32,000 nucleotides of DNA, from the NCBI RefSeq assembly GCF_000011325.1, contig NC_003450.3:690001-722000 (forward strand), in the 5' to 3' direction. The notes below the pieces were generated by a model. That model was not told the DNA's origin, did not search any database, and saw only the letters and a program-made list of their open reading frames with translations. How positions within the stretch are numbered: position 1 is the stretch's first letter; the number at the start of each line of letters is the position of its first letter. Source of the DNA: Corynebacterium glutamicum ATCC 13032 (lineage in GTDB: Bacteria > Actinomycetota > Actinomycetes > Mycobacteriales > Mycobacteriaceae). Below, piece by piece: positions 28,010 to 32,000 of the stretch. Both the position numbers and the translations under genes were made by a program.

Positions 28010-28170
28010 CCTTTGACAACCTCCCGAAAAGCTTATGACCTCATGATTTAACTAGATTTACAAAAACCTTCAAATCCACACGACACAATTACACAAATTT
28101 TACCTTGTGCATTGAAAGCCGTCAGCCGATTAGCGTTAAAGAAAATAAAAAACCACAAGGGGAGCACACC

Positions 28171-28353
28171 ATGAAAGACACCACCGAGATCAACTGGCAA
28201 GGCTACGCCGATGGAACCGCAATCCGCGAAGCAGTCATCCACTCCATTGAACGAGAAGTATCAGCGGGCGAGCAGCCAACCCCAAACGATCTTAAATTTC
28301 TCGGGCTGTTCCAGCACCGCGCCGGGTATGTGGGCTCGTTGATCACCGGTTAA
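28171..28353 (+). CDS. Small hypothetical protein (60 aa)
   Basis: ATG 28171 sits behind AAGGGGAG, giving MKDTTEINWQGYADGTAIREAVIHSIEREVSAGEQPTPNDLKFLGLFQHRAGYVGSLITG. The track's longer version (from 28105) starts in AT-rich promoter-like DNA. Confidence 0.5.
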   Translation: MKDTTEINWQGYADGTAIREAVIHSIEREVSAGEQPTPNDLKFLGLFQHRAGYVGSLITG

Positions 28354-28416
28354 GTGTGGGGAGCAGGCTGGCTAAATAACAATCAACGCAGCGAACCGTG
28401 AAAGCCCACAATGCGG

Positions 28417-28485
28417 TGTACATTCGACAACAAGATTTCCTGATTTTGACCACCTTTTTACCGAAATCTTGTTGTCGAATGTACA
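28417..28485. repeat. Perfect 23-bp inverted repeat with a 23-nt spacer
   Basis: TGTACATTCGACAACAAGATTTC (28417-28439) and GAAATCTTGTTGTCGAATGTACA (28463-28485) are exact reverse complements. Neither side is followed by a U-tract. Confidence 0.85.
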
Positions 28486-28512
28486 ACAGGGGCAGAGTGT
28501 ATTCACAAATAG

Positions 28513-28555
28513 TAAAACCGGGCCACATCTGAACATCAGATGCGACCCGGTTTTT
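28513..28555. terminator. Bidirectional rho-independent terminator (serves accBC on the minus strand)
   Basis: AAAACCGGG...CCCGGTTTTT forms the outer stem, with an inner CATCTGA/TCAGATG stem. An A-run lies on one side and a T-run on the other. It is 22 nt downstream of the accBC stop (28577). Confidence 0.85.
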
Positions 28556-28576
28556 GACTAACAGGAATCCAAGAAC

Positions 28577-30352
<1,776 letters not shown>

Positions 30353-30543
30353 TAATAACTCCTGATTTAAATTGATGACTCAGTGGGTAGACACATAGTT
30401 GCCTGACCAATAGTGAATATTCTTGCACACTCAACCCCGAAGAACTCAACCAGATATGAGGACTTACTCATATTCTGGGGGAATTCTTCTGTTTTAGGCA
30501 GGAAATATGGCTTATGTTCAGGCAAAAAGGGGATACGCCTATT

Positions 30544-31449
30544 CTATGACACCGAAACGTTATTTTTGGTGTTTTCGCCAGTTTCGATCGGCATGCGAAC
30601 CATATTGCCCCATTCTGCCCACGATCCGTCATAGTTTCGGACGTTGTTGAAACCGAGCAGATACTTCAGCACGAACCAGGTGTGGGCCGCGCGGTCGCCA
30701 ACCTGGCAGTAGACAACGGTATCGTCAGCTGGGTTGAGATCGGCGTAGAGCTTGTCCAACTCTGCACGGGTGCGGAAGTTTCCGTTGGGAAGAACAGCGT
30801 CCGACCAATCCAGGTTGATCGCGCCTGGGATGTGTCCACCACGAAGCACGCCGGTGTTTGAGGTTGGGTTGCCGTGCTCATCCAATCCGGAGAACTCCGA
30901 AGGGGTCCTGACGTCGACAAGCGTCATGCCACCGGATTGCGTGAGCGAACCGAGCACCTCAGCCACGAACGCGCGCTGGTTTTCGTCGACACGCTCCACG
31001 ACGGGGTAGTTGGCGGAGGGGTACTCCGGAACCACGTAGGAGGTGTCGCGCTCTTCAGCCATCCACGCGTCGCGGCCGCCGTTGAGCAGGCGGACATCGG
31101 AGTGGCCGAACAGTTCGAAGACCCACAGGGTGAACGCAGCCCACCAGTTGGACTTGTCACCGTAGACAACAACGGTGTCATCGCGAGCGATGCCCTTGCG
31201 GTTCATCAGCTCAGCGAAAGCTTCACCGTCAATGAAATCGCGGGTGAGGGGATCGTTGAGGTCCTTTGCCCAGTCAATGCGCACAGCGCCGGGGAGGTGT
31301 CCGATATCGTAAAGAAGGGAATCTTCATTGGACTCCACAACCTTCAGACCAGGGGAGCCGAGGCGGGCGGAAAGCCAGGATGCAGACACGATCCTTTCAG
31401 GGTGTGCGTATTCCTCAAAAGCTGGGAATGGGTCGAACGGTGCTGCCAT
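30544..31449 (-). CDS. thtR: Thiosulfate sulfurtransferase (tandem rhodanese domains)
   Basis: 301 aa with two rhodanese domains and the catalytic loop [12 protein letters not shown] in the second. Confidence 0.9.
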   Translation of the reverse strand: MAAPFDPFPAFEEYAHPERIVSASWLSARLGSPGLKVVESNEDSLLYDIGHLPGAVRIDWAKDLNDPLTRDFIDGEAFAELMNRKGIARDDTVVVYGDKSNWWAAFTLWVFELFGHSDVRLLNGGRDAWMAEERDTSYVVPEYPSANYPVVERVDENQRAFVAEVLGSLTQSGGMTLVDVRTPSEFSGLDEHGNPTSNTGVLRGGHIPGAINLDWSDAVLPNGNFRTRAELDKLYADLNPADDTVVYCQVGDRAAHTWFVLKYLLGFNNVRNYDGSWAEWGNMVRMPIETGENTKNNVSVS

Positions 31450-31776
31450 GTGGGGTCGCTGCCTTCCATAAACGAGTGCATAAATGGGTGAAAATTAAAT
31501 ACTGTATCCCAGCATATTGGTTAAAGGTGTTTGTGTCCTTAATTACTAGTGGCATAGTTGGGAAGCAAAGAACATCATCTGTGCTTTATTGTCTATTTTG
31601 TCAACGTGAAAATGCCCGGCGCTCAAGCTCACATTCAAGCGCTTCGAGGTTTCAGGGTTTCCCACGTTGAACATAGAAAACGTGTCTAAAAATTCAGTTT
31701 TTATTGCTGCTGATCACCTCTTGAAGAACTCAACCCAAAAGTGCTTCAAGTTATGAGAAAGTGAAATCCAACACCC

Positions 31777-32000
31777 ATGAAAAAGAGCATCGTTGTATTT
31801 GAAGTCGAAGGCGGCTCCGACAAGCACTTCGACGGTCACCGTAAAGACACCATGCCTATCGTCAACTCCATAAATGATGCTGGCTGGCAGGCAGAGGTTG
31901 TGTACTACCGCCCAGAGTGGACCGAAGGTCTCTTTGAGTACGTATCTGAAAACTTCGACGGCTACATCTCACGTGTCAACCCAGGCAACATCCCAGGCGG
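31777..32000 (+). CDS. Hypothetical protein, N-terminal fragment only (continues past the window)
   Basis: Own translation from ATG 31777: MKKSIVVFEVEGGSDKHFDGHRKDTMPIVNSINDAGWQAEVVYYRPEWTEGLFEYVSENFDGYISRVNPGNIPGG. The frame is open to the window end and the codon usage resembles neighbouring genes. Function unknown. Confidence 0.6.
   Translation, partial: MKKSIVVFEVEGGSDKHFDGHRKDTMPIVNSINDAGWQAEVVYYRPEWTEGLFEYVSENFDGYISRVNPGNIPG

Noticed and set aside
30439-30451. Identical 13-mer GAAGAACTCAACC upstream of accBC (30439-30451) and upstream of the partial ORF at 31777 (31723-31735).
   Set aside because: About 5x10^8 position pairs in a 32-kb window set against 4^13 (about 6.7x10^7) sequences predicts several chance 13-mer matches. 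Both lying in promoters is mildly suggestive, but this is not enough to call a shared operator.
31266-31670. 134-aa plus-strand ORF spanning the thtR 5' end and the AT-rich intergenic region, and TGAAAAT half-sites at about 31488 and 31607.
   Set aside because: The ORF overlaps thtR antisense and continues into AT-rich promoter DNA with no Shine-Dalgarno. The TGAAAAT heptamers lack a matching right half (3/7 or less), so they are not counted as Zur boxes.

Overview
The window looks like core chromosome of a Corynebacterium glutamicum-type actinobacterium. I recognise the Pyc, AccBC, PrpDBC and TrpS protein sequences from memory, and a BLAST search is needed to confirm the identification. Gene order is: Fe-siderophore-type ABC permease and ATPase (-), trpS, YihY/BrkB membrane protein, J-like/RDD membrane protein, D-Ala-D-Ala carboxypeptidase (-), a duplicated-domain conserved protein (-), a small-protein plus NlpC/P60 pair (-), upp, XRE regulator, pmmB (-), M20 amidohydrolase, lpdA, pyc, Trx-like/TPR protein, secreted CAP-domain protein, COG0523 GTPase (-), TrxB-like oxidoreductase, prpD-prpB-prpC, small ORF (-), prpR (-), 60-aa ORF, accBC (-), thtR (-), and a partial unknown ORF. 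I saw no rRNA, tRNA, CRISPR array, transposase, integrase or obvious defence or toxin cassette. I cannot support a clearly novel multi-gene system here. The leads worth following are: (1) AT-rich Fur-family (Zur-type) operator-like boxes at four places. Two lie in the COG0523/oxidoreductase divergent promoter, which is a known Zur target. Two lie directly against the ribosome-binding regions of the FecCD-type ABC operon and of the Trx-like gene, and I do not know these to be described. (2) A 22-nt motif present three times upstream of the carboxypeptidase gene, with mutually exclusive pairing options. (3) A perfect 23-bp inverted repeat in the convergent gap next to accBC. (4) A signal-peptide-less NlpC/P60 hydrolase translationally coupled to a small helical protein. 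Several track ORF starts were shortened to internal starts that have Shine-Dalgarno support.
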